A DNA stretch of 64,000 nucleotides. It comes from Candidatus Micrarchaeota archaeon (GTDB lineage: Archaea; Micrarchaeota; Micrarchaeia; Norongarragalinales; Norongarragalinaceae). The stretch is from contig JACPGT010000013.1 of NCBI GenBank assembly GCA_016188965.1, positions 116,609 through 180,608 of the forward strand, written 5' to 3'. Shown here one piece after another: positions 26,975 through 36,791 of this stretch; position 1 is the first letter of the stretch, and the number at the start of each line of letters is the position of its first letter. The position numbers were made by a program, and so were the translations under genes. The notes beneath the pieces are model-generated. The model did not search any database. It saw only the letters and a list, made by a program, of their open reading frames with translations, and had not been told where the DNA came from.

Positions 26975-29932
26975 TTACCCATAGCATTGGTTAGTTGCGG
27001 TGCTAGGAAAGCCAGTGCATAGAGCGTATTTACCTAAACTGCCGCACTGCGACTGGGGCACGTAGTAGTCGCCCGACATACAACTGCATTTTATTATGGG
27101 TTGTACGCTGCAGCCCCTTCTGTTAGTACAGTCAGAAGTTGAGATGCTGCTGCAGGCCAAACCTTGAAATGCCGAATCCGAATAGGCAACCGCGCAACAA
27201 GTCAACCCCGCTTGGCAGACGAAGTTGCCGTTGCCTTGGAAGTTTTTCGTCTGATAACACTGGCTGTTGGCCAAACACCTTCCGTTGGTCCTGGTCGGCG
27301 TCAGACTACAGGGAGAACCTTCGCCAACAGTAGTTGGTCCGGAGCCTACGCGAGGGGGTTGAACTCCAGGCGGGGCGCCCTGGGGGAGGGGGGGCGAAGA
27401 GACAACACAACACTGAATATTGGAAGCTGAATACTGCGTGCAAGTTCCACCTTGGCTTGACGAATACGAAGTACCACCTTTCTGCGTACAGGCATTAGTA
27501 GTTATACATGTCCCTTTCTTTCCGCCGGCAGTACAGGCCTGACCCGGAGCGGGATCTTTTCGTGGTTCACCACCGCCGGAGGATTGGGGCCCTCCGCTTG
27601 GAGCACCGCCACCGCTGCTGCGAGGGGCGTCCCCGGAATCTACGCGTTCAGGTGTTCGAACGGGTTCCGACTCGACTTGCTTGAATTCTTCCAAGCCCTT
27701 GACGTCGAACGGCTTGGCGGGCTTCGCGCCCAAGTCCTTCAAAGTCGTTTGGTCCAGCGGGGTGGAGCAATACACTTTTTCAGGCGTGGTCGAGGCGGGG
27801 CTAGTGTCGGCAGCCGGCTGGGTTTGACTCGTCGGCGTGCGGGTGAACCATTGGTGGACGAATACCTTCACGGCGACGGCTTGTCCGAAACCGACGTTGA
27901 ACGCCTTCACTACAGGGTTGGAAACCGCGTCGGAACTCGTGAATTTATAATAGTTGAATCCGGAAGCCGTCGTCGCTGTCTTGAGCGCAGTCGGTGACTG
28001 GAGGCCGTTGACAGGCACGCCGGAAACCGACTCTGCCGTCGAAGGCGGGCCGTCGTTGTCGACGAAAAACAATCCGGCTGCGACTGGCTCGCCGTAGTCG
28101 ATGGAAGAATACGGCGCAGAATATACCCGCCCCCAGATATCGTCGCCATTGGCCCGGGTCGCCGGCAAATCACCATTCGTCGGGTTCCTATCGGGTTTGG
28201 CCGGCTTTTCTTCTTTCTTCCTTTCGGCGGCAGGCACCTTGCCTTTCATGCCAGCGACTTTGATTTTAAGGTCTTTTTCCAAGTCCAACGAGAGGGGAGT
28301 CTCGGCCTTCAACGCGGCTTGTAGGGCTTTGTAAATAGGGCTATCGGGCTCAACTTCGTTGCACGCTTTGTCTTTGTCCGTCGCGCCAAAATTCTTCTTG
28401 CCCTCACCGGCATTGACGCAATACTTGCTCCATAACGCCCCGGGCCAAGCGGGCACCCAATCGTCGAAGTTGGCGGGTTTGCCGCCTTCTTTGAGTTGGA
28501 CGGACTGCAACGAAATGCTGAAGAACACGGCGGGCGCCGGTTGGGCCCCTGAAGCTGGAGCTGAACTGGCGGCACTTGACGCCGTGCCGGTTGCAGCCGG
28601 AGGCGTGCTGACCGGGGCGTTTTTCAGCTGGATGGTGAAATCGATTTTGCCGCCTTTGCCGTCAAAAGAACCGGGTTTGACGTTGACTTTGACCGCACTG
28701 ATGCACGTCAAGTCCAAGCCTTGGCGCTCGGCCTGTTGCCTGAGTTCGTGGCCTAGTTGCTTCGCGTCCGTCAACACGCGGGACGGCGAGGCCTGTGCGG
28801 GGTGGCCGCCGGTGGCGGTTGGCGTAGTGCCGTCACAAATCGCGGAGGCTTGTTTGTCGCCGGTTTGGGTCAGTTTGCATTTTTTGAGTAATTCGGTTGA
28901 ATCGCGGCCTTCGTCGAGGACGTACGCCAGCAATTCTTGGGTGTATTTCTGTTGTTCTTCGCAAGACGCGGGCCGCGTGGAACCCGCAGAAGATGACGCG
29001 TCACTCGATATGGTCGGTCCGCTTTGGCAGTAGGTTTGCGCGGATAGCGTGGTTCCGGATAATTTCAGCAAGGAAAACGAAGCGGATGAATCCGGGTACG
29101 ACGCGTCGATCGTCACGCCGTCTTTGGGCGGCAACCCGTTTTCGACTGGGATATATTTGCCTTTGACTTGCGCTTCGATGTATTCCTTGAAGGGTTTTTC
29201 TTCCGCTTCCGGATTGGCAAACCCGACGGGCCACTTGTTCAAGTTGTACAGCGTCATGCCGGAAGTCGAGACGGCGGAAGGCGACGAAGACGAGGACTGC
29301 ATTTGGGTGGTGCCAACAACCGGGGTGAAGGCCTGAACAACAGAGGAGGGGGGTCGTGCAGCCACCGCTGCGGGTCGAATTCCCCCTGAACCGGGATCCG
29401 AAACAGAATCGGGAGCGGGTTCGGCTGGAGGGCGGGAACCGGAGGAGCCGGTTGGTCCAGAAGCGACGGCAGTACCCGGAGAACCACCCGCGCGTTTGGC
29501 GGCTAACCACGTTTTGAATCCGGCGATATCTTCGGTGCCAATAGTTATCAGAGCGGTTAGTAAATCGGGGTCGGCTTTCAACGTCTTAAAGCAATCCGCT
29601 CCAGAAAATTGATAATTACGGCTGAGGCGACCATAAACCGCCGTGTTGTCAGCAAATATTTTCTTTTGGGTAGACCCAGGAAAAACTTCTACGGGCGCTT
29701 GTTCTTGCGCGTACTCGCGGTCGCAAATATTGTTTTGTACGGGTAATCGAAAAGCATTTCCGGAGTCATAGTCCACGTTGGCACCAAAATCGAAAGAGGC
29801 AGTACCCGTTTCAAAATTTAGCGTATTTCCGACGACCAACCCGGTCATGACGCGGTCGGGTCCGGCGGCAAATAAGGCCGCGGCGACGAGGGCGGCGAAG
29901 GCGACGGCGGCGATGAAGTTTTGGGAAGACAT
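26975..29932 (-). CDS. Secreted or anchored protein with Ser/Pro/Thr linkers and Cys-rich C-terminal modules (985 aa)
   Basis: Hydrophobic N-terminus followed by MTGLVV; C..GTC.....C...GG...C...IQCC modules; starts 10 nt after the 2025-aa gene. Confidence 0.88.
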   Translation of the reverse strand: MSSQNFIAAVAFAALVAAALFAAGPDRVMTGLVVGNTLNFETGTASFDFGANVDYDSGNAFRLPVQNNICDREYAQEQAPVEVFPGSTQKKIFADNTAVYGRLSRNYQFSGADCFKTLKADPDLLTALITIGTEDIAGFKTWLAAKRAGGSPGTAVASGPTGSSGSRPPAEPAPDSVSDPGSGGIRPAAVAARPPSSVVQAFTPVVGTTQMQSSSSSPSAVSTSGMTLYNLNKWPVGFANPEAEEKPFKEYIEAQVKGKYIPVENGLPPKDGVTIDASYPDSSASFSLLKLSGTTLSAQTYCQSGPTISSDASSSAGSTRPASCEEQQKYTQELLAYVLDEGRDSTELLKKCKLTQTGDKQASAICDGTTPTATGGHPAQASPSRVLTDAKQLGHELRQQAERQGLDLTCISAVKVNVKPGSFDGKGGKIDFTIQLKNAPVSTPPAATGTASSAASSAPASGAQPAPAVFFSISLQSVQLKEGGKPANFDDWVPAWPGALWSKYCVNAGEGKKNFGATDKDKACNEVEPDSPIYKALQAALKAETPLSLDLEKDLKIKVAGMKGKVPAAERKKEEKPAKPDRNPTNGDLPATRANGDDIWGRVYSAPYSSIDYGEPVAAGLFFVDNDGPPSTAESVSGVPVNGLQSPTALKTATTASGFNYYKFTSSDAVSNPVVKAFNVGFGQAVAVKVFVHQWFTRTPTSQTQPAADTSPASTTPEKVYCSTPLDQTTLKDLGAKPAKPFDVKGLEEFKQVESEPVRTPERVDSGDAPRSSGGGAPSGGPQSSGGGEPRKDPAPGQACTAGGKKGTCITTNACTQKGGTSYSSSQGGTCTQYSASNIQCCVVSSPPLPQGAPPGVQPPRVGSGPTTVGEGSPCSLTPTRTNGRCLANSQCYQTKNFQGNGNFVCQAGLTCCAVAYSDSAFQGLACSSISTSDCTNRRGCSVQPIIKCSCMSGDYYVPQSQCGSLGKYALCTGFPSTATNQCYG

Positions 29933-29942
29933 GACAAACGGC

Positions 29943-32900
29943 CTAACTCGATGAAGCTATGCATCGGCAAATTACCTTGCCGTCACTACCAGGAGTCTTC
30001 CCAGGAGGCGTTAGTAAATCCAAATTGGGACCGCATTTTCCGTTTCCGGATTGGCTGCGGTCGGACGCCATACTGCACGTGAACGACATATCGGCCTTCT
30101 GTCCGCGGCATCCTCCAATAGACTCGCTGCTGCACGTGGAATCGTCTCTTGTCGCTTTGGGGGCATGTGACAATTCTTGGGCCTGAGTGCTGACGGGCGC
30201 GTTGCTTTGGGTGGTGGTCGCGCCTTTGGGCACCCAGTTTTGGATTTCGTATTTCTTGCCGTCGGCGGAGAGTTTGAGGTAGGGAAATCCGCGGTACTCT
30301 TCCTTCAAAGTCTGCGAGCCTTTCGGCCGGTTGGCGGATGGCGCGTCGGATGCTTGCGTCCAGAGGCGCGGGTCGTATTGGGCAGGGGTGGAGGACATGC
30401 GGTCGAAGCGTTCGAATTCGACGTTGTCGCCCGTCTGGCTTGCGCCGGTCAAGTCGGCTTTGATTTGGTAGACTTTGATGCCGCCGGAGTTTCCGGCTTC
30501 TTTGACGGGCAGGGCGATGACGGGTTGCAAGTCGGCGATGACGGGTTTGCGGTTGGAGTAGACGCCGCGGCTGTAGCCGTACCATTGCTGTTGTTGCTGC
30601 ATGAACGGGTTGAAGTATCCGGTGTTCAGTTGGCCTTGGTATTGGAAGGCGTTGAGGATGTCCGAGTGGCAGCCGGCTTGTTGCCATCCTTGTCCGAAGG
30701 CGTCGCCGAAGCTTTGCTGGATGGTCGGGTCGTTCACGTAGCCTGGGTAGTAGCCTTGGCCTGGGTAGAAGTTGGACTGGTACGGGTTGTAAGGCACTTG
30801 TCCGCCGCCGAGCGCGGGGTTGACGGCCGCGCCGCCGCTGATTCCGCCACCGTAAGGATTGGCGCCGCCGTAGGGGCTGCCGTAGGGGTTGTAGCCGCCG
30901 CTGAATCCTTGCTGGTCGTAGTATCCCGGCGTGTTCTGGTTGTAGCCGTAGATGGGCGCGATGCCGCTCTGTTGGCATTGTTGGCGCGTCTGGGCCAAGG
31001 GATCCTGTCCTTGCCGGATGCAGGCTTCGTATTGTGAACGCAGGGCCATGTATTCGCGCAAGGCGTCCTGCATGGCTTGCTGGTATAAGCGTTGGTACGC
31101 CTGTCCGTCGCCGCCGTTGAGCCCGAGGGGGTCTTCGTAGGCCAGCGTGTCGACGGAGGCGAGGTATTGGACGGCAAAAGCGTTCAGCGCGGTCTTGACG
31201 GTTTCAAGATAAGCCGTGGCTTGTTCCGGCGTGCAGTAGTTGGCGCCGGAGCATGAATACGCGCCTTCGCTTGCGCCGACGTTGCCGACGATGTCGTATT
31301 GGTCAAGTCCGACGGGTGCGGGCTGGATCGTCACTTGCAGGGGCAATTCGGTGGCGGTCGTGGCCGTGGCGCCGGATTTCAAGGTGAGTTTGTCGTCTTT
31401 CTTGAGCGTCAGCGTGGTGGCGCGGGCGTCGGTGCCGGCTACGACGAAGTTGGTCAGGCCGGCGCCGTTGAGGATGAACTGGACTTGTTTGGATTGGATG
31501 TTGTTGGCAAAAACGGCGGGTTCCTCGAAGCTTAATCCGGTTTTTCCACGCAGGGTGATGGCGCCGGAGGGCATGGCGATGAAGGCCAAGTGATCCGCTT
31601 GGCTTTGCGCGGTTTGGACGGCGAAGTGGACGATGTAGTCGCGGGCGTCGAGGTTGACGCCGGTGCCGAATGGCTTGAGTTTGACTTGGAAGCCGTCTTT
31701 TCCTTTGCCGATGGGTTCGACCTTGATTTGGCCGTCTTGTCCCGCGGTGTATTGGACGCATTGGGCGCGGGGACGGAAGGTCACGACGAAGGTGCGCGTC
31801 TGGCGGGTGAGGAGGCCGACTTGGGACTGCAGGTTCTGTTTGATGTCGGTGAAGATGTCGTTGACGCCGGAGAACTTGCCGACTTCCTGGATTTCGTAGC
31901 AGGGATTGTTGTACTGCGTCAGGATGTCGACGGTGTTGAACAGCTGGTTCTCGACGCTGAAGGCCAAGGCGTTGTACGGCACGATGGGGAAGATGGGCTT
32001 GGTGCAGGAAATGCCGCTGGCGGACGGCGTGCATCCGTCGCCGGCTTTCTTGAGCGCCACGCCGCGTTGCGTCGCCGTCAGTTGGGTGGGTGCTGACGCG
32101 GCGGTGACTTGCTGGGGATAGTTGCCCAGCGTTTGGGCGCCGAGGTAGTAGCCGAGGTATTTGGAGAAGATGTTCTGGAAGTTGAAGTTAGGCGCTTGGC
32201 AGACTTGCGACACGGGGATGCAGCATTGCTGGCCTTCCGCGCATACGGCGGCGGTGGCGGAGGGAGTAGGCGTGGGCGTGCCGTAGGGGTTGGGTGGATT
32301 TTCCGAGAAGTAGGGCGGAAGCCCCGTGTTGTACGGCGATGGGCCGTATGGGTAGCCGGGGACGTTGGAGTATGGCGTGTAGCCGGTGGGCCACGTGGGC
32401 GAGGATGGCTGGTACGTGGACGGGATGAAGCCGTTGGGACAGGATTGGCCCAGCGCGACGCATTGGCCGCCGCGGGCGGCGCAGTCCGCACCGGGTACGG
32501 GCGTGGGCGAAGGCGAGGCGTTGCCCGGCTGGGGCGAAACGGTTGGCGTGGGGCTGGCAGACACGCCGCATTGTGAGGATAGGACGGCAATCGAGCTGCC
32601 GAGTGCTTGTCCGTTGACGGTTTCGGCGTTGAACGCCAGGAAGCATTCCCCGTCCGTCGTGGGCGTGAGGAGGATCCGGGTGTCTTTTCCGGGCTTGACG
32701 CGGAAGTTGGCGGACGACGAGCCGGACGCGCCGTGTACCGGCGGGGTAGTCGTGGCCGTGGTGCTCAAGACGCGCATGGAGGCACAGGCCGTTCCGGCGA
32801 ACGAGGCGGCGACTTTCAGTTCGGCGTTGACGCGCGAGGACACGGTCAGGGTGGTGGGGTTCTTGCAGTCGAGTTCGACGTTGGAAATGTCGGAGCCAAA

Positions 32901-35900
32901 TTCGAGCGGTTCGGTGGCGTTGGCCGCGACTTGGGCTTCTCCTTCCTGGAATCCGTCACGCGAGGCGACGACGGCGAACAGGCCGGGCGCGTGGGGCCGA
33001 AGTTTCTTGAACTTGTAGATGCCGTCTTGCCCGTTGTCCTTGGAGCCGTCGCCTTGGAGGGTGATGGGCTCGTTGGGGAATCCGTCAAAAGGCGAGCCCT
33101 GCGTTTCCTTCAAGGTGAGGCGGGCGTCGGTGACGGGAACGTTGCGGTCGGACTTGACGTCGACCGTCAGCGTGTTATCCTGTAGCGTTTCGATGGCCGT
33201 CGGTGAGGGCACGATGACGAACGTGCCGGTGCCTTGGACGACGACGAAGCGGTTCACGTCGAGGATGGCGCCGGGCGTGTCGGAAAACGCAAGATTGAAG
33301 CGGGAACTGGCCGTCGGCAGCAGTGCTTTGGCAAAGAGGGTGCCGTTGGTGCGTTGGAAGAACGACAAGGGGATGCTGACGGTGGTGGAAGCAGGGCTGA
33401 CGGGCGTGAGCGTGCCGAAGTCGTAGCCGGTGATTTGGACGGACGGGCTGGTCGTGATGCTCAAGCGGGGCGCGTCAAGGGCTTCGAAGGCGCGCAAATC
33501 GATGGAGACGTTGAACGTCGAGCCAGCGTCTACGCGGAGGCCGTTGGCCGCGCTGGCCGTGGCCGAGTAGAAGCGGGTGGAGAGGCAGGCGCGGTCGTTG
33601 CAGTCGCTCTTGCCGTCGATGACGGGCAGCTTGATGGTGACGGTCTGCGCATAGCAGGAATCCAAATCGGCGGTCTTTTCTAGGCCTCCGAAGCGGGGGT
33701 CTTCCGGCTTGCGGAGGTTGATTTCGCCGGCCTGGGCATAGAGGCGGTAGTGCAGCACGACTTCGTCGCGGGGCTTCGCGTCGGGCTTGACGAATACGTC
33801 AGCGGCCACGGTGCCGGCGCCGAATTGCGAGGAATACGTCCAGTCGATCCATTGGATGGGGCCGTTCTGGTCGCCCAAGTCGTCGGTGCAGGACGGGCCG
33901 GGGTTGAAGCGGCCGCCCTTGACGATTTCGGCAGCCGAGGGTTGGGAATAGTCGCCGAACGTCGCAATGGATTGTGCCGCGTCGGCCTGCGTGCCGACGC
34001 GGAGGAACACGCCGGCTTTGCGGGCGTTGGACGGCAGGTTGAACGAGACGGCGAAGGAGTAGATGCGGCCCTTGTCCAGCGCCGTGACGTTGCGGCCATT
34101 CTCGTCCAGGACGGCGTAACTCAACACGGTCAACTGGTTGGCCAGCGACGAGGGCAGCAGGTAGAGTGACTTGTGCATGGTGGCGCTAGGCTCGACGGAG
34201 AATTCCTCGGACGACAGTCCGACGTAGCCGGAGGCGTTGGCGTACAGCACGAGGTTGCGGTTCGCCGGTACTTGGATGGAGCAGGCCGTGCCGTTGCTCT
34301 GGCACGTGCCGACGACGCGGTTGGTCGACGAGAGGGCCGCGGTGAACGTGGCGGACATGGCCGAGCGGTTCGCCGCGTCGAATGCTTTGGCCGAGACGAA
34401 CGCCGTGGCCGGTTGCAGCATGATGCGCATCGATTTGGGTTCCAGGCCGATTTCGACGATGTCGCTTTGTCCGCTTTGGGCGCCGTACACCGCGGTGGCC
34501 TTGACGCGCTTGAGCGGCAGGTTTCCAAAGACGGTGGCGCCGTCCAGTTCCGTGTCTTGAGCCGGCAGGCCCAGGGGGAATCCATCATGCGTCTGCAGGG
34601 TGACGGTCGCGCCGGAGACGGCCGCGCCGGTGTCATCGATAACGGAGACGTTCAGAGAACCGTGGTTGCCCACCAGCACGCGGTCCAGCACTTGTTGCGT
34701 GAATTCGCCGCCCGTCAGCACGCGCGTGGTGGCCGGCAAGTAGCCTTCGGCCCATACCGTGGCGTATACGCGGGCCGACGGCGCGATGTCGAAACTGACT
34801 TTGCCGTCGTCATCGGTAAGCGTCATGTCGGACACGGCGCGCAAGGCCGCTCCTGACAGGTAGAGCCGCACTTGGGCGCCTGGAATCGGGGATTTAGCCG
34901 AGTCGACGGCTTGGAGGGAGACTTTCGAAAAGTCCGTTCCGCCGCCGGTGGTCGTCTTTTTGGGCAGTTGGACGAAGAAGTCGGTGTCCGACGCGGTGAC
35001 TTTCGAGTCGAACGTGTGCAAGCTGAAATCGTTGCTGTCCGGGTCGAACGTGGCGTAGACTTCGACGCCCAGCGGGACGTTGTCGAAACGCGCCACGCCT
35101 TGGGAATCCGTCGCCGAAGAATCCAGAGTTTCGGCGTTGTCGTTGCGGTACAGCGTCACGAGGCCGGACAGGCCGTTGCCCTGCAGGTCCAGTACTTCGA
35201 CGCGCACCGTCGCCGAACCGGGTTGGACGGATGGATTGGGAGTGACCGTTCCGCCGCCTCCGCCTCCAGAGGAGTATAGCGTGACGGAGCAGGAAGAGCT
35301 GCTCGTAAGGCAGGACTGCGTCGTGCTTTCGTAGCCGTCATGTGAGACGGCCAGCGTCACGGCCGGGGAAGAAGGCGGCACGGAAAGCGTGACGCGTCCT
35401 TGGGCGTCGGTCTGTCGGGTGACGAATTCGCCGGTCAACGGGTCCTGGAAACGCACTTCGGCGTTGCTCAAGGGGAATTGGTTGTCGTCGTTGACGAAGA
35501 GCACCAACGAGCCGGACCCGCCGGCGGAACCGCCCGCGGCCTCCAACGAGATGGAAAACGTGGCCGACGACTTGCCGGACGGCAAGGGGAATTCTTTGGA
35601 GAAGGCGTTGTATCCAGCAGCCGCGTCGATGCGGATGGTAATCTTCTTGGAGTAGGGCACTGATTCGAAGTTGGCCACGCCATTTTTCGTCTTGGCGGAC
35701 AACTCGTCGTCGCCGGAGGAAAGCCTGACCAGGATGCTTTCAAGGTTGACAGAATCCGGCCCCGTGACCTTGACGGCCACGTTGACGGCGCCGGAATTGC
35801 CAAGCGGCGGAAAACCGCCACCCAGGACGGACATGGCGGCGAACGCGCCAATGCCGAGGATGAGCAGGACTCCGAGGAAGAAGAAAGGCATGGAAGGCAT

Positions 35901-36020
35901 GCCGCGGTCTTCGAGGGGATTGATGAACCATTCATAGACCTTGATGCCGGAATTCTCAAGGCCGTCCATGAAGCGGTAATACGTGTCTTCCAACGATTGG
36001 TATAACTCGTTCAAGCCCAT
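29943..36020 (-). CDS. Giant membrane-anchored surface protein (2025 aa), paralogue
   Basis: Start MGLNELYQSLEDTYY at 36020 (GGTGG SD and TATA upstream); Ig-like repeats; Q/Y/G-rich and Cys-rich C-terminus. Confidence 0.92.
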   Translation of the reverse strand: MGLNELYQSLEDTYYRFMDGLENSGIKVYEWFINPLEDRGMPSMPFFFLGVLLILGIGAFAAMSVLGGGFPPLGNSGAVNVAVKVTGPDSVNLESILVRLSSGDDELSAKTKNGVANFESVPYSKKITIRIDAAAGYNAFSKEFPLPSGKSSATFSISLEAAGGSAGGSGSLVLFVNDDNQFPLSNAEVRFQDPLTGEFVTRQTDAQGRVTLSVPPSSPAVTLAVSHDGYESTTQSCLTSSSSCSVTLYSSGGGGGGTVTPNPSVQPGSATVRVEVLDLQGNGLSGLVTLYRNDNAETLDSSATDSQGVARFDNVPLGVEVYATFDPDSNDFSLHTFDSKVTASDTDFFVQLPKKTTTGGGTDFSKVSLQAVDSAKSPIPGAQVRLYLSGAALRAVSDMTLTDDDGKVSFDIAPSARVYATVWAEGYLPATTRVLTGGEFTQQVLDRVLVGNHGSLNVSVIDDTGAAVSGATVTLQTHDGFPLGLPAQDTELDGATVFGNLPLKRVKATAVYGAQSGQSDIVEIGLEPKSMRIMLQPATAFVSAKAFDAANRSAMSATFTAALSSTNRVVGTCQSNGTACSIQVPANRNLVLYANASGYVGLSSEEFSVEPSATMHKSLYLLPSSLANQLTVLSYAVLDENGRNVTALDKGRIYSFAVSFNLPSNARKAGVFLRVGTQADAAQSIATFGDYSQPSAAEIVKGGRFNPGPSCTDDLGDQNGPIQWIDWTYSSQFGAGTVAADVFVKPDAKPRDEVVLHYRLYAQAGEINLRKPEDPRFGGLEKTADLDSCYAQTVTIKLPVIDGKSDCNDRACLSTRFYSATASAANGLRVDAGSTFNVSIDLRAFEALDAPRLSITTSPSVQITGYDFGTLTPVSPASTTVSIPLSFFQRTNGTLFAKALLPTASSRFNLAFSDTPGAILDVNRFVVVQGTGTFVIVPSPTAIETLQDNTLTVDVKSDRNVPVTDARLTLKETQGSPFDGFPNEPITLQGDGSKDNGQDGIYKFKKLRPHAPGLFAVVASRDGFQEGEAQVAANATEPLEFGSDISNVELDCKNPTTLTVSSRVNAELKVAASFAGTACASMRVLSTTATTTPPVHGASGSSSANFRVKPGKDTRILLTPTTDGECFLAFNAETVNGQALGSSIAVLSSQCGVSASPTPTVSPQPGNASPSPTPVPGADCAARGGQCVALGQSCPNGFIPSTYQPSSPTWPTGYTPYSNVPGYPYGPSPYNTGLPPYFSENPPNPYGTPTPTPSATAAVCAEGQQCCIPVSQVCQAPNFNFQNIFSKYLGYYLGAQTLGNYPQQVTAASAPTQLTATQRGVALKKAGDGCTPSASGISCTKPIFPIVPYNALAFSVENQLFNTVDILTQYNNPCYEIQEVGKFSGVNDIFTDIKQNLQSQVGLLTRQTRTFVVTFRPRAQCVQYTAGQDGQIKVEPIGKGKDGFQVKLKPFGTGVNLDARDYIVHFAVQTAQSQADHLAFIAMPSGAITLRGKTGLSFEEPAVFANNIQSKQVQFILNGAGLTNFVVAGTDARATTLTLKKDDKLTLKSGATATTATELPLQVTIQPAPVGLDQYDIVGNVGASEGAYSCSGANYCTPEQATAYLETVKTALNAFAVQYLASVDTLAYEDPLGLNGGDGQAYQRLYQQAMQDALREYMALRSQYEACIRQGQDPLAQTRQQCQQSGIAPIYGYNQNTPGYYDQQGFSGGYNPYGSPYGGANPYGGGISGGAAVNPALGGGQVPYNPYQSNFYPGQGYYPGYVNDPTIQQSFGDAFGQGWQQAGCHSDILNAFQYQGQLNTGYFNPFMQQQQQWYGYSRGVYSNRKPVIADLQPVIALPVKEAGNSGGIKVYQIKADLTGASQTGDNVEFERFDRMSSTPAQYDPRLWTQASDAPSANRPKGSQTLKEEYRGFPYLKLSADGKKYEIQNWVPKGATTTQSNAPVSTQAQELSHAPKATRDDSTCSSESIGGCRGQKADMSFTCSMASDRSQSGNGKCGPNLDLLTPPGKTPGSDGKVICRCIASSS

Positions 36021-36048
36021 AGGTCCACCAGAGAATAGTTTCGCACTC

Positions 36049-36057
36049 TTATATAAA
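36049..36057 (-). promoter_or_regulatory. Archaeal TATA box for the 2025-aa gene
   Basis: TTTATATAA on the minus strand, about 30 nt upstream of ATG 36020. Confidence 0.6.
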
Positions 36058-36231
36058 CGTAAACAATTGCCCGCGAGGGAAAAAGGACGCGGGTTTAAGA
36101 AAAAAACAGGAGAAAGAAGCCCGGGTAAATGAAGCAAAAACGCGGGCCGCCGGCCCATCCGCGTCGCGTCACCGGCCAGCACCCGGGCAAACGCTGAAAA
36201 ACCAAGGACCGAATCAGAAGTCCGAACCGTC

Positions 36232-36660
36232 ATGAACTGGTACCAGCATTTCGCCGTCTCGCTTGCGGCCTGCCATCTGCTCAACGTGGCATCCGCGACG
36301 CCGTGGACCGGGCCGTTATTGGCCGCCGCCGCGCTGGGCGCGTGGCTTCCCGACGTAGACCATCAGAAAACCCGCATCTTCCACTTCGCACTCGCCGTCG
36401 TCTTCGCACTCGCTTTTTCATTCGTTTTCCTGACGGTCAACTTCCCGTTTTCCGCGAAGGTCTTCGCCGCCACGGCCGCAGGCTTTGCATCGGCGCTTTT
36501 ATTGTGGCTCATCAAGCCGCGTCACCGCGGCGTCACGCACCATGGGCTTGCCGCCGCCGTCTTCGGAATGCTGGTCTACGTCGTGAGCCAGAACGCGTCC
36601 GTGGCGGTCAACGGTTTCCTGGCGTACGGCATGCATTTGGTTGCGGACTGGGTTTCGTGA
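36232..36660 (+). CDS. YdjM-like membrane metal-dependent hydrolase
   Basis: H near the N-terminus, LPDVDH, HRGVTH, HLVAD; several TM segments. Confidence 0.85.
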   Translation: MNWYQHFAVSLAACHLLNVASATPWTGPLLAAAALGAWLPDVDHQKTRIFHFALAVVFALAFSFVFLTVNFPFSAKVFAATAAGFASALLLWLIKPRHRGVTHHGLAAAVFGMLVYVVSQNASVAVNGFLAYGMHLVADWVS

Positions 36661-36791
36661 GAAGAACTAGCGTATAGCAATATCGATGCGCCCCAGGACA
36701 AACAACGCGACGGCGTATTTATTCCGAAAAAAGCCTGCGGGCCGATGAAAAAAAGAGGATGCGTAAGCCGAAAGAAATGGCGAAAATACGC

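Noticed and set aside
36021-36284. 88-aa N-terminal extension of the 2113-aa ORF
   Set aside because: Overlaps the promoter and the divergent gene; paralogue alignment, SD and TATA support a start at 36020.
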